DNA of 64,000 nucleotides, taken from Planctomycetota bacterium (GTDB lineage Bacteria; Planctomycetota; UBA1135; UBA2386). A program made the position numbers and the translations under genes. The DNA lies in contig JBKAGP010000001.1 of NCBI GenBank assembly GCA_046290465.1, positions 1,504,001 to 1,568,000 on the forward strand, written 5' to 3'. Positions within the stretch are counted from its first letter, which is position 1; each line of letters begins with the position of its first letter. Shown here piece by piece: positions 55,639-64,000 of the stretch. The notes below the pieces were generated by a model. The model did not search any database and had not been told where the DNA came from. It saw nothing but the letters and a program-made list of their open reading frames with translations.

Positions 55639-56727
55639 ATGGTCTGGTTACGCCGCGAGGACCACGAGGACCGCGAACTGCACTGGCTGAGCCCCTGGGC
55701 GACGCCGAGCCGCAACTCCGGCGGCCGCCGCATGGCCGAGCCGGAGGACGCGCTGCGCACTGTGTTCACCCGCGACCGCGACCGCGTCGTGCACGCGACC
55801 GCGTTCCGCCGCCTGCAGCACAAGACCCAGGTGATGGCCGCGTTCGACGGCGACCACTTCCGCAGCCGGATGACGCATTCGCTCGAGGTCGCGCAGATGT
55901 CGCGCGGCGTCGCGCGCGCGCTGCGCTGCAACGACGAACTCGCCGAGGTGATCGCGCTGGCGCACGACCTCGGCCACCCGCCGTTCGGCCATGTCGGCGA
56001 GGAGGCCCTGCACGCCAAGATGGCGGCGCACGGCGGCTTCCGGCACAACGCGCAGGGCGCGCGCACGGTCGACGACCTCGAGGACCGCTACGGCCACGGC
56101 CTCGGCCTCAACCTGACGCTGGCAGTGCGCAAGAGCCTGTTGAAGGGACGCGTGCCGGACGGCTTCCCGCTGAGCGCGGACCTGCTGCCGCAGGGCGCGG
56201 TGCCGATCGAGGCGCACCTGGTCGACCTGTGCGACAAGATCGCCTACCTGAGCCACGACCTCGACGACGGCCTGCGCGCCCGCATGTTCGCCGAGCACGA
56301 GGCCGCCGAACTGCAGCTGTGGCGCGCCGCGCGCGAGGCGTGCGGCAGCGACAACCGCCAGCGCATCGTCAGCGAGATCACGTCGCTGCTGATCCACGAC
56401 CTGGTGTCGACCTGCGACGACGCGCTGGCCAACGCCAAGGCCGGCGGCGACCTGCCGCGCATGCGCCACAGTGACGCGATGGTCGGCCAGGCGCAGGAGC
56501 TGCTCGTGTTCCTGCGCCAACGGTTCTATCGCGCCCCGCGGGTGCTGGCGGTGATGGAGGACGGCGCGCGCCGGATCGAGCGCGTCTTCGACCGCCTGCT
56601 CGTCGATCCGTCGCCGATGAGCGAACGCCGCCGCGGCCGCATCGACGACGACGGCCTGGAGCGGACCATCTGCGACTACATCGCCGGCATGACCGACCGA
56701 TTCCTGATGAAGATGAGCGCCGACTGA
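55639..56727 (+). CDS. dgt: dGTP triphosphohydrolase (HD domain)
   Basis: FTRDRDRVVH, FRRLQHKTQV, RSRMTHSLEV, HDLGHPPFGH, DKIAYLSHDLDDG, DYIAGMTD. Confidence 0.95.
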   Translation: MVWLRREDHEDRELHWLSPWATPSRNSGGRRMAEPEDALRTVFTRDRDRVVHATAFRRLQHKTQVMAAFDGDHFRSRMTHSLEVAQMSRGVARALRCNDELAEVIALAHDLGHPPFGHVGEEALHAKMAAHGGFRHNAQGARTVDDLEDRYGHGLGLNLTLAVRKSLLKGRVPDGFPLSADLLPQGAVPIEAHLVDLCDKIAYLSHDLDDGLRARMFAEHEAAELQLWRAAREACGSDNRQRIVSEITSLLIHDLVSTCDDALANAKAGGDLPRMRHSDAMVGQAQELLVFLRQRFYRAPRVLAVMEDGARRIERVFDRLLVDPSPMSERRRGRIDDDGLERTICDYIAGMTDRFLMKMSAD

Positions 56728-56728
56728 C

Positions 56729-58198
56729 ATGCACCACCGACACCTCGCCCGCACGTTCGCGCTGGTCGCGCTGCTGGCCGCGCAGCTGGCTGCGCAGCTG
56801 GCCGCGCAGCTGGCTTCCCCGGCGCGCGCCCAGCAGCCGCCGAACGTCGTCTACATCCTGCTCGACGACGCCGGCTGGGGCGACCTCGGCTGCTACGGGC
56901 AGCAGAAGCTGAAGACGCCGAACATGGATCGGCTGGCGCGCGAGGGCATGCGCTTCACGCAGCACTACGCCGGATCGACCGTGTGCGCGCCGACGCGCAG
57001 CTGCCTGATGACCGGGCAGCACACCGGCCACACGCCGATCCGCGGCAACGGCCGCGCCCCGGACCAACCGGAGGGCGTGTTCCCGATCGGCAAGGGCACG
57101 ACCACCGTCGCGTCGCTGCTGCAGCAGCGCGGCTACGCGACCGGCGCGTTCGGCAAGTGGGGTCTCGGCGGTCCAGGCAGCGACAGCGACGCGCTGCAGC
57201 TCGGCTTCGACCACTTCACCGGGTTCTACAGCCAGTCGTTCGCGCACGACTACTATCCGCGCTGGCTGTGGCGCGACGGCGAGAAGCTGCAGCTCGACCG
57301 CAAGGTCTACGCGCACGACGTCTACATGGACGACGCGCTGCAGTTCGTGAAGCAGCACAAGGACGGGCCGTTCTTCTGCTACCTGCCGGTGATCATCCCG
57401 CACGCGGCGATGCAGGCGCCGCCGGAGTACCACGAGCGATTCCGCAAGCAGTACCCGCAGTTCGACGACCAGGTCGGCAGCTACGGCGGCGACGCGCGCA
57501 CGTCGAAGGTGCAGAACCCGATCGCCGGCTTCGCCGCGATGATGGCCAGGCTCGACGACGACGTCGGCCGGCTGCTGGCACTGCTCGACGAACTCGGCAT
57601 CGCCGACGACACGCTGGTGCTGCTGTCGTCGGACAACGGCCCCCACCACGAAGGCGGCCACGACCCGAAGTTCTGGGACAGCAACGGACCGTTCACCGGC
57701 ACCAAGCGCAGCCTCTACGACGGCGGCATCCGGGTGCCGCTGCTGGCGCGCTGGCCGGGCAAGGTCGCCAACGGCTCGACGTCGGAGCTGATCAGCGCGC
57801 ACTGGGACCTGCTGCCGACGCTGTGCGACCTCGCGGGCGCCGAGGTGCCGGCCGGCGTCGACGGCCTGTCGATGAAGCCGACGCTGCTCGGCGAGAGCGG
57901 CCAGCAGCAGCACGACTACCTCTACTGGGAGTTCTACGAGCAGGGCGGCAAGCGCGCGCTGCGGTTCGGCCGCTGGAAGGCGGTGCGCAACGGCCTGCGC
58001 GACGATCCCGACGCGCCGATCGAGCTCTACGACATCACCGCGGACCTCGGCGAACGAACCGACGTCGGCAAGCAGCATCCGGAAGTCGTCGCGCAGGCGC
58101 GCACGTTCTTCGAAGCGGCGCACACGCCGGATCCGCGCTGGCGGTATCGGGGCGGGCGCCAGCAGAAGAAGAAGCAGCAGCAGAAGAAGAAGCAGTAG
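56729..58198 (+). CDS. Arylsulfatase (formylglycine-dependent)
   Basis: PNVVYILLDDAGWGD, CAPTRSCLMTG, GKWGLG, SSDNGPH, YDGGIRVP; signal peptide with LAAQ x3 (12-bp repeat). Confidence 0.95.
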   Translation: MHHRHLARTFALVALLAAQLAAQLAAQLASPARAQQPPNVVYILLDDAGWGDLGCYGQQKLKTPNMDRLAREGMRFTQHYAGSTVCAPTRSCLMTGQHTGHTPIRGNGRAPDQPEGVFPIGKGTTTVASLLQQRGYATGAFGKWGLGGPGSDSDALQLGFDHFTGFYSQSFAHDYYPRWLWRDGEKLQLDRKVYAHDVYMDDALQFVKQHKDGPFFCYLPVIIPHAAMQAPPEYHERFRKQYPQFDDQVGSYGGDARTSKVQNPIAGFAAMMARLDDDVGRLLALLDELGIADDTLVLLSSDNGPHHEGGHDPKFWDSNGPFTGTKRSLYDGGIRVPLLARWPGKVANGSTSELISAHWDLLPTLCDLAGAEVPAGVDGLSMKPTLLGESGQQQHDYLYWEFYEQGGKRALRFGRWKAVRNGLRDDPDAPIELYDITADLGERTDVGKQHPEVVAQARTFFEAAHTPDPRWRYRGGRQQKKKQQQKKKQ

Positions 58199-58225
58199 CA
58201 GCAGGAACGTCCGCGGCGCCCCCAC

Positions 58226-59422
58226 TCAGCGGCCGGACACGCGCGTCAGCGTCGCCGCGGCCCGCCCACCCCGGGCCTGCCAGCGCAGCTGCAGCGCGTC
58301 CTCGGGAGCGAACGGCTCGGCGAGCGACGCGCACTGCCTGCCCCGCCGGACCACCAGCTGCACGTCGCCCTGGTCGGGCAGGTCGTCGAACGCGAACCGG
58401 CCGGCCTCGTCGGTGCGCCGGAGCGACGGGAACCGCGGCGCGTCGTCGTTGGCGGCGGCGGCGACCGCCACCGTGGCGCCGACGATCGGGCGTCCGCCCG
58501 CGTCGACGAGCGTGCCGCGCAGCTTGCGTCCGGCCTGCACGGCGACGCGCGCGCGCTGCTGGTCGCGCACGCGTTCGGCAGCGACCTCGACCCGCGGGAG
58601 GCGCCGCAGCTTCGACAGCCGCGACGGGTTGCCAAGGACGCGATCGCGCCCCGGCGTCGGCGCCACCTGCGCCCCGTGTTCGTAGGCGAGTTCCGAGACC
58701 GCGACCAGCGCCACCGCGTAGCCGTCGTCGCCGCTGGTCGCGACGCTGGTCGGCAGGCCGCTGTTGGTCGGAGCGGTGCCGGCCGAGCGCTGCTGTTCGC
58801 CCGGGATCACGACCGGAAAACGCACCGCGACGCCTGCCAGCGGCCGGCCGTCGTCGCCGACGCAGCGGACCCGGCACAGCAGGTCGAACACGTAGTCGCG
58901 CTTGGCCGCCTCGACGTGCACGTCGGGCTTGCCGGCGTTGGCCGCGGGCACGGTCATGTGCCGTGCGAGCGCCGTCGCGATGTCGGCGGGCACGAAGCCG
59001 TTGGCGCCGCGCTCCTGCACGAGCGTGCGCCGGACGGCCGACGGATCGGCGAGTTCGACCTTCTGCAGCGACGACAGCTTGGGCAGCTTCCAGTTCCGGC
59101 GCTGGTGGCCGCGCGCGATCCACACGGTCGCGTCGCCGGCGCGCCACAGCACACACCAGTGCTCCTTGTTGCCGAACGCATCCGACGCGACCTCGCTGCG
59201 ATGGTGGCGCGGCGGCTCGGCGCCGTCCTGCGGCCAGCGCACCTTGAGGAACGTGTGGTAGTCGGCGCCGTGGTAGAGCCGGCTGTGGATCTCGAGCGTG
59301 GTCTGGCCGGCGAACGTCCAGGTGCCCGGACGGGTCGCCACCTGCACCTTCGCCTGCGCCGCTGCGACCGGCAGCAGCAGCGCGAACCAGACCAACGCCC
59401 CGATGCAACGCGCGCACAGCAT
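58226..59422 (-). CDS. Secreted protein with carboxypeptidase-regulatory-like repeats
   Basis: Signal peptide; DDGRPLAGV and LVDAGGRPIVGATV..TDEAGRF motifs; TAGCAT 6 nt before ATG. Confidence 0.7.
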   Translation of the reverse strand: MLCARCIGALVWFALLLPVAAAQAKVQVATRPGTWTFAGQTTLEIHSRLYHGADYHTFLKVRWPQDGAEPPRHHRSEVASDAFGNKEHWCVLWRAGDATVWIARGHQRRNWKLPKLSSLQKVELADPSAVRRTLVQERGANGFVPADIATALARHMTVPAANAGKPDVHVEAAKRDYVFDLLCRVRCVGDDGRPLAGVAVRFPVVIPGEQQRSAGTAPTNSGLPTSVATSGDDGYAVALVAVSELAYEHGAQVAPTPGRDRVLGNPSRLSKLRRLPRVEVAAERVRDQQRARVAVQAGRKLRGTLVDAGGRPIVGATVAVAAAANDDAPRFPSLRRTDEAGRFAFDDLPDQGDVQLVVRRGRQCASLAEPFAPEDALQLRWQARGGRAAATLTRVSGR

Positions 59423-59481
59423 CCGGCCATGCTACCGGCGCAACCTGAACCGGGTTCGGTATGCGGTGTTTGGGGGGTGGC

Positions 59482-60321
59482 TCAGCGGCGGTCGGCGGTG
59501 AGGGCCTGCTGGAGGAAGGTGACGAGGCGGCGTTCGAACTCGTCGCGGCGCACGGTCCACGGCGAGAAGTGCGCGGCCTCGGGCACCAGCCACAGCTCCT
59601 TGGGCTCGCGGGCCTGCTCGAACAGGCGCTTGCCGAACGCGACCGGCACGATGTGGTCGCGCTCGCCGTGGATGACCAGCAGCGGCGCCGGCGACAGTTC
59701 GGCGAGCACGTCGGCCGGGTCGTGGCCGTCGGAGACGAACAGCGGCACCAGGGCCGAGAACAGCGGCGCCTTCGAACGCGCGATCTCGCGGTAGTCCGAG
59801 AAGGTCGACTCGGCGACGACGCCGCGCACGGCATCGCGACGCGCGGTGGCGGCGATCCCGACTGCGCCGCCGAGGCTGTGGCCGAACACCACCGTGCGGT
59901 CCGGATCCCGCTGCAGCGCGAAGTCGATCGCGGCGACCGCGTCGTCGACCGAACCGGCTCGGGTGATCGTGCCGGCGCTGCGACCGTAGCCGCGGTAGTC
60001 GAACACGAGCACCGCGTAGCCCTGGGCCGGCAGCCACGCGACGTAGCGCGTGTGCAGCGTCAGGTTGGCGGCGTTGCCGTGGCAGTAGACGACCGTGCCC
60101 TTGCGCTCCCCCTCGGCCTCGAGCCACCAGCCATGCAGCTCCGGCCCGCCCGGCGCCGCGAACGAGACCTGCTCGACGTCGACGCCGTAGCTGCCGGGAT
60201 CGGCGTGCACGCGGTCGTCGGGGAAGTAGAACCAGCCATCGCCGATCCACAGCATCACCGCGAAGCCGAGCACGATCGGCAGCAGCAGCACGCAGAGGGC
60301 GATGCGGAGCTTCGGGGACAT
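59482..60321 (-). CDS. Alpha/beta hydrolase with N-terminal TM (YfhR-like)
   Basis: CHGNAAN, FDYRGYGRS, GHSLGG, IHGERDHIVP; start ATG 60321 or GTG 60333. Confidence 0.9.
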   Translation of the reverse strand: MSPKLRIALCVLLLPIVLGFAVMLWIGDGWFYFPDDRVHADPGSYGVDVEQVSFAAPGGPELHGWWLEAEGERKGTVVYCHGNAANLTLHTRYVAWLPAQGYAVLVFDYRGYGRSAGTITRAGSVDDAVAAIDFALQRDPDRTVVFGHSLGGAVGIAATARRDAVRGVVAESTFSDYREIARSKAPLFSALVPLFVSDGHDPADVLAELSPAPLLVIHGERDHIVPVAFGKRLFEQAREPKELWLVPEAAHFSPWTVRRDEFERRLVTFLQQALTADRR

Positions 60322-60485
60322 CTTCTTGGCCACGGTGTGGTCGCGCGGCGACGCTGGTCGCCAGGATGCCGGGGCGGGGCCGTTCGGGCCAGTAGCCGTG
60401 CGGCGCGAGGGCCGCGCCAGAAGGGCCGCCAGATCGGCCGGTCTGTGCAGCATCCGGCGGGCAGATCCAGGGCCGTACAAAGCAC

Positions 60486-60521
60486 TCGCGTTGGCGGCTC
60501 CCGGAGGAGCCACCAACGCGA
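60486..60521 (-). terminator. Hairpin immediately downstream of tRNA-Gln
   Basis: TCGCGTTGG-C-GGCTCC / GGAGCC-A-CCAACGCGA; the mismatch becomes a G-U pair on the minus strand. Confidence 0.65.
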
Positions 60522-60522
60522 T

Positions 60523-60598
60523 TGGTTACCCCGCCTGGACTTGAACCAGGAACCAACAGTACCAAAAACTGCTGTGCTACCGATTACACCACGGGGCA
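60523..60598 (-). tRNA. tRNA-Gln (anticodon TTG)
   Basis: Reverse complement TGCCCCGTGGTGTAATCGGTAGCACAGCAGTTTTTGGTACTGTTGGTTCCTGGTTCAAGTCCAGGCGGGGTAACCA; cloverleaf with CCA. Confidence 0.96.
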
Positions 60599-60958
60599 GT
60601 GCGGGCGGAGACTATAGCAACCGGATCGGCGAACACAAGGCCTCTCGCCCGCCGGTTTTCCCGGCGCCACCCGCCTTCGGACGCTGCCGCGATCGGCGTC
60701 CCTCGCGCAGCGCGCGCAGCTGCTCGCGGTAGCGCAGCCGCTTCGGCGCGACCTGCCTGGCGCTCCCGCGCGGTCCACTCGTGGATCGCCTGCCAGAAGC
60801 CAGGGCTCGCGTTGCCGCTGCGCAGCCAGTGGCATCGCCGACAGCGCCGCGAGCGGGACCACGAACGGCGACACGGCCCGCATCCCCCCGAGCGCAGCTC
60901 GGGGTTCTCCCTCGCACGGCGCCATCGACGAGGGCGGATCGTCGGATACCCTTCGACG

Positions 60959-62188
60959 ATGCGCCTCCTCGCCGGCACCACCATCGCGCTGCTGCTCGCC
61001 GCAGCCGTCCCCGCTCAGGGCAAGAACCTGCTCTTCTACGGCAACAGCTATACGTTCCTGGTCTGGGGCTACGGCGTGCCCGAGGTCGTCGAGTGGATCG
61101 CCACCGAGGCCGGCCACCCGACCCCCAACGTCACCCAGGCGCTGATCGGCGGCTCCAACCTGAGCATGCACGCCGCCGACCCCGGCCAGGTCGCGGCGAT
61201 CTCGACGCTGCCCGCGGGCCAGACCTGGGACCACGTCGTGATCCAGGGCCACTCGCTCAACGCGACGCCGTACTTCGGCTTCTCGGTGCCGCAGTTCCGC
61301 GCCGACGCGGTCACGATCGCCGGCAACGTGCGCGCGCACAGCCCCAACGCCGATGCCGTGCTCTACCAGACCTGGGCGCGCGCGCACGGCTCGCCGCTGC
61401 ACTACCCGTCGCCGTGGGTCGACCCGATGGCGATGCACCAGATGGTGCGCGGCAACTACGACCTCGCGGTGGCCGACATCAACGCGACGTTCGGCGCCGG
61501 CACGGCGCAGAAGGCGGCGGTCGGCGATGCGATCGCGCTGCTCGAGTGGGACCCGATCTGGTACGACCCGGACCTGTCCCACCCGACTGCGGCGATGTCG
61601 ATGATGGCCGGGATGGTGATCTACACGTCGATCTACGGCGGCCGTGTCTGCGACGTGCAGGTCGACTGGAACAACCCGCAGAGTCCGCTGGTCGCGGGAC
61701 TCGCGAGCCAGGGGCTCGGCGAAGCGGCGTGGAACCTGTTCCGCGGTCTCGCCGACCGCAGCGCCCATCCGCAGAACCGCCGCTACCCGGGATCGGGCGA
61801 CCACTTGCTGCTGCGTTCGGCGATCGATGCGGCGCCGCTGTCGGCGTGCCCGGTCGAGACGATCACCACCGGCAGCCAGATCCAGGTCGAGCTGCGCTCG
61901 ATGAACGGCGTCTACGACGGCGCGATGGGCTTCCTCGGGATCGACTTCTTCGCCACCAACGCTGCGCCGGGTGCAAGCGCGACCTGGCCCGAGTTCCAGA
62001 TCGACACGACGCGCAGCGCGTTCCTGCCGATCGCGCCGCTGTCGACGCCGCTGGTCGCGCAGCTGCAGCTGCCGTTCACGCTGCCGGGTTACTCGCTGCT
62101 CGTGCAGGGCGGCGCTCTGCAGGCGAGCGGCGAGACCGGCAACGCGGTGTTCACCACGACCGACGCGCACGAGCTGGTGTTCCAGTAG
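60959..62188 (+). CDS. Secreted SGNH-like hydrolase with C-terminal beta-sandwich
   Basis: Signal peptide; LLFYGNSYT, WDHVVIQ, LYQTWAR, DLSHP (DxxHP). Confidence 0.8.
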   Translation: MRLLAGTTIALLLAAAVPAQGKNLLFYGNSYTFLVWGYGVPEVVEWIATEAGHPTPNVTQALIGGSNLSMHAADPGQVAAISTLPAGQTWDHVVIQGHSLNATPYFGFSVPQFRADAVTIAGNVRAHSPNADAVLYQTWARAHGSPLHYPSPWVDPMAMHQMVRGNYDLAVADINATFGAGTAQKAAVGDAIALLEWDPIWYDPDLSHPTAAMSMMAGMVIYTSIYGGRVCDVQVDWNNPQSPLVAGLASQGLGEAAWNLFRGLADRSAHPQNRRYPGSGDHLLLRSAIDAAPLSACPVETITTGSQIQVELRSMNGVYDGAMGFLGIDFFATNAAPGASATWPEFQIDTTRSAFLPIAPLSTPLVAQLQLPFTLPGYSLLVQGGALQASGETGNAVFTTTDAHELVFQ

Positions 62189-63248
62189 GCGGCGGGGTTC
62201 CCGGCTGGCCGCGCCGGCTTGCCAGCAGCTGCACGTGCACCCGGCGCCGTTCGTCGGTCGGGTGCCTAGCGACGATCGCCCGCACGCCCGCGGCCGCGCG
62301 GTCCGGTGCGCCGCCGGCGCCCGTGACGACGAACGCATAGAGCGCCGGCTGGTCGTTGAGCAACAGCGTCAACGGCACGCTCCACAGCTCGTGGCCGTGC
62401 CCCTCGTAGACCGACGCCGGCACGCGACGGGCGGCGAAGAAGTCCACCGACAGCGCCATCCGCACCTTCATCGTGGTCACGATCGACCACAGCGTCGGCA
62501 GCGCGACGACCTCGTAGAGGATGTCGCGCGTGACCGGGTTGCGCTGCAGCACGCGGAACAGCAGTTCGCAGGCACCGACCCCTTCGGCCACGCACATCAC
62601 GTCGTCGTGGTCTTCGTCCGAGAGCTGCAGCGTCTCGGCATCGTCCCCGAGCGCCACCCGACCACGCATGGTGGCGCGCTGGCGGAACCCGGCGAGGCAC
62701 GACGCCTGCAGCGCCTTCAGCGTCGACAGGGTCACCAGCGACTCGGCGGTCGCGAGCGGCGCTGCGTGCGCGTCGAACGCGTCGACCCGGATGCGCGCAC
62801 ACGGCAGCTGCCATCGTTCCGCCGGATCCATCGCGCGGAACGCCTGCCAGACCTCGCGGCTCTGCTCGAGCAGCTGCCGCTGCCGTTCGGCGCTCGGCCT
62901 GACGCGACGCTCGAACGGCGTCTGGCGCCGGCCACCGATGCCGTCGCCGACCTCGAACGCGACCACCTGCAGGCGCAGGTACCAGGTGCGCGGCTCCGAA
63001 CCGGTCTTGAGGCTGACGCCGAACAGCAGTTGGTCGCCTGGTGCGAGCGGCGCGTCGGCCGTCGGTGGCGCCATACCGGAGAGGATCGCGGCGCCGTTCG
63101 CGAACCGGTCGGCGACGTCACAGAGCTCGGCGCGCAGGTCGCGCTCCCAGCCCGTTCGCGGCGGCACCGTGCACGACGCGAGCCAGACCGCGAGGCAGCA
63201 GGTGGCGGACCGTCGCCAACGGTTGCGCGCGACGGTGTGCGTTCCCAT
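62151..63248 (-). CDS. Hypothetical lipoprotein
   Basis: Lipobox-like LASC; TACGAT 6 nt before ATG 63248; 3' end overlaps the convergent gene by 38 nt. Confidence 0.6.
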   Translation of the reverse strand: MGTHTVARNRWRRSATCCLAVWLASCTVPPRTGWERDLRAELCDVADRFANGAAILSGMAPPTADAPLAPGDQLLFGVSLKTGSEPRTWYLRLQVVAFEVGDGIGGRRQTPFERRVRPSAERQRQLLEQSREVWQAFRAMDPAERWQLPCARIRVDAFDAHAAPLATAESLVTLSTLKALQASCLAGFRQRATMRGRVALGDDAETLQLSDEDHDDVMCVAEGVGACELLFRVLQRNPVTRDILYEVVALPTLWSIVTTMKVRMALSVDFFAARRVPASVYEGHGHELWSVPLTLLLNDQPALYAFVVTGAGGAPDRAAAGVRAIVARHPTDERRRVHVQLLASRRGQPGTPPPTGTPARARRSW

Positions 63249-63360
63249 GCGTGCATCGTAGGCGGCGACCACCGTGGATCCGAGACAACGGCTACGACGG
63301 CCTGGTGGCGGCTTCTACGGAACCTTCCAGGGACGCCGTACGCGCAGCAGCACGCGCGCG

Positions 63361-63412
63361 CGAATGTTGCAGGATGAACCGCGTACCGTACGGCAACTTC
63401 CGTACGGCAACT
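63361..63412. repeat. Dispersed 38-bp repeat, copy 2, with internal 13-bp duplication
   Basis: cgaatgttgcaggatgaaccgcgtaccgtacggcaact then t-ccgtacggcaact. Confidence 0.85.
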
Positions 63413-64000
63413 TAGCGGGCGGGGACTTCGGGGGTGGGGTCGGGGTTGGTGAGCCAGGGTTGGGCGCGGTAGCGGTCCCAGCTGTCGCAGCCGATGGTGA
63501 CGACCGGGCCGTCGAGGTCGTTGCGGGTGGCGACCTGCAGGGCGGCGGCGATGTTGGTGCCGGCGGAGCCGCCGAGCAGCAGGCCTTCGTCGCGGATGCA
63601 GCGGCGCGCGGTCTCGAAGCTCTGTTCGTCCGGGATGCGCAGCGCTTCGTCGATGACGGAACGGTCGAGGTTGGCGGGCGGCTGGCTGCTGCCGATGCCC
63701 TCGACGAGGTAGTCGGCCGACGGGCCGACGGTGCCGCTGGTGACCCAGTCCGCGAGGCCGGAGCCGACCGGGTCGGCGAGCACGATCCGCACGTCGGGGC
63801 AATGGCGCTTCAGCCGACGGCCGACGCCGGTGATGGTGCCGCCGGTGCCCGCGCCCGCGACGAACGCGCCGATCCGCCCGCCGGTCTGCTCGAGCAGTTC
63901 GCGCGCGGTCTGCTGCTCGTGCACCGCGACGTTGGCCGGGTTGCGGAACTGGTCGGCGAGGAACCAGCCGTGCTCGCGCGCCATGCGCTCGGCGACATTC
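63412..64000 (-). CDS. PLP-dependent cysteine synthase / cystathionine beta-synthase family protein (5' part outside window)
   Basis: DQFRNPAN, GAGTGGTITG, LADPVGS, VEGIG, EGLLLGGSAG, VVTIGCDSWDRY. Confidence 0.92.
   Translation of the reverse strand, partial: NVAERMAREHGWFLADQFRNPANVAVHEQQTARELLEQTGGRIGAFVAGAGTGGTITGVGRRLKRHCPDVRIVLADPVGSGLADWVTSGTVGPSADYLVEGIGSSQPPANLDRSVIDEALRIPDEQSFETARRCIRDEGLLLGGSAGTNIAAALQVATRNDLDGPVVTIGCDSWDRYRAQPWLTNPDPTPEVPAR

Noticed and set aside
59443..59481. Possible third copy of the 38-bp dispersed repeat (tgaaccgggttcggtatgcgg)
   Set aside because: Shares only TGAACCG and a similar position after a stop codon; lacks the CCGTACGGCAACT core.
60486..60598. tRNA genes as integration sites for an island
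   Set aside because: No direct repeat of any tRNA 3' end and no integrase noticed in the window; the only tRNA-end copy seen (5684-5699) is inverted.

Overview
A GC-rich bacterial window with about 48 protein-coding genes and three tRNA genes (Arg-ACG, Asn-GTT, Gln-TTG). Sulfatases, a PVC-type CxxCH dehydrogenase-like protein, DUF1080/ThuA proteins and many secreted proteins suggest Planctomycetota (inference). Housekeeping genes include pckA, truD, an RluA-family synthase, mtnP, dgt, yigZ, an M1 peptidase, phoD and a partial cysteine-synthase-family gene. The standout signal is a gene the ORF track breaks apart: 11877-12470 (+) reads as one 197-aa secreted protein of two HMA (CopZ/MerP)-like domains. 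Each domain has an in-frame TGA at the metal-binding Cys position, and each TGA is followed by a hairpin fitting the bacterial SECIS model, making it a candidate two-selenocysteine protein. Other signals: a Venus-flytrap-like plus multi-TM receptor-like protein; a TANNNT-N6-8-start (leaderless) pattern at 17 genes; an internally duplicated UxaA-type dehydratase with complementary motif loss; a 38-bp dispersed repeat fused to stop codons; a tRNA-Arg trailer complementary to the tRNA's own 3' end; and a BlaI/M56 pair with operator boxes. All family calls come from motif recognition by eye, with no database search.
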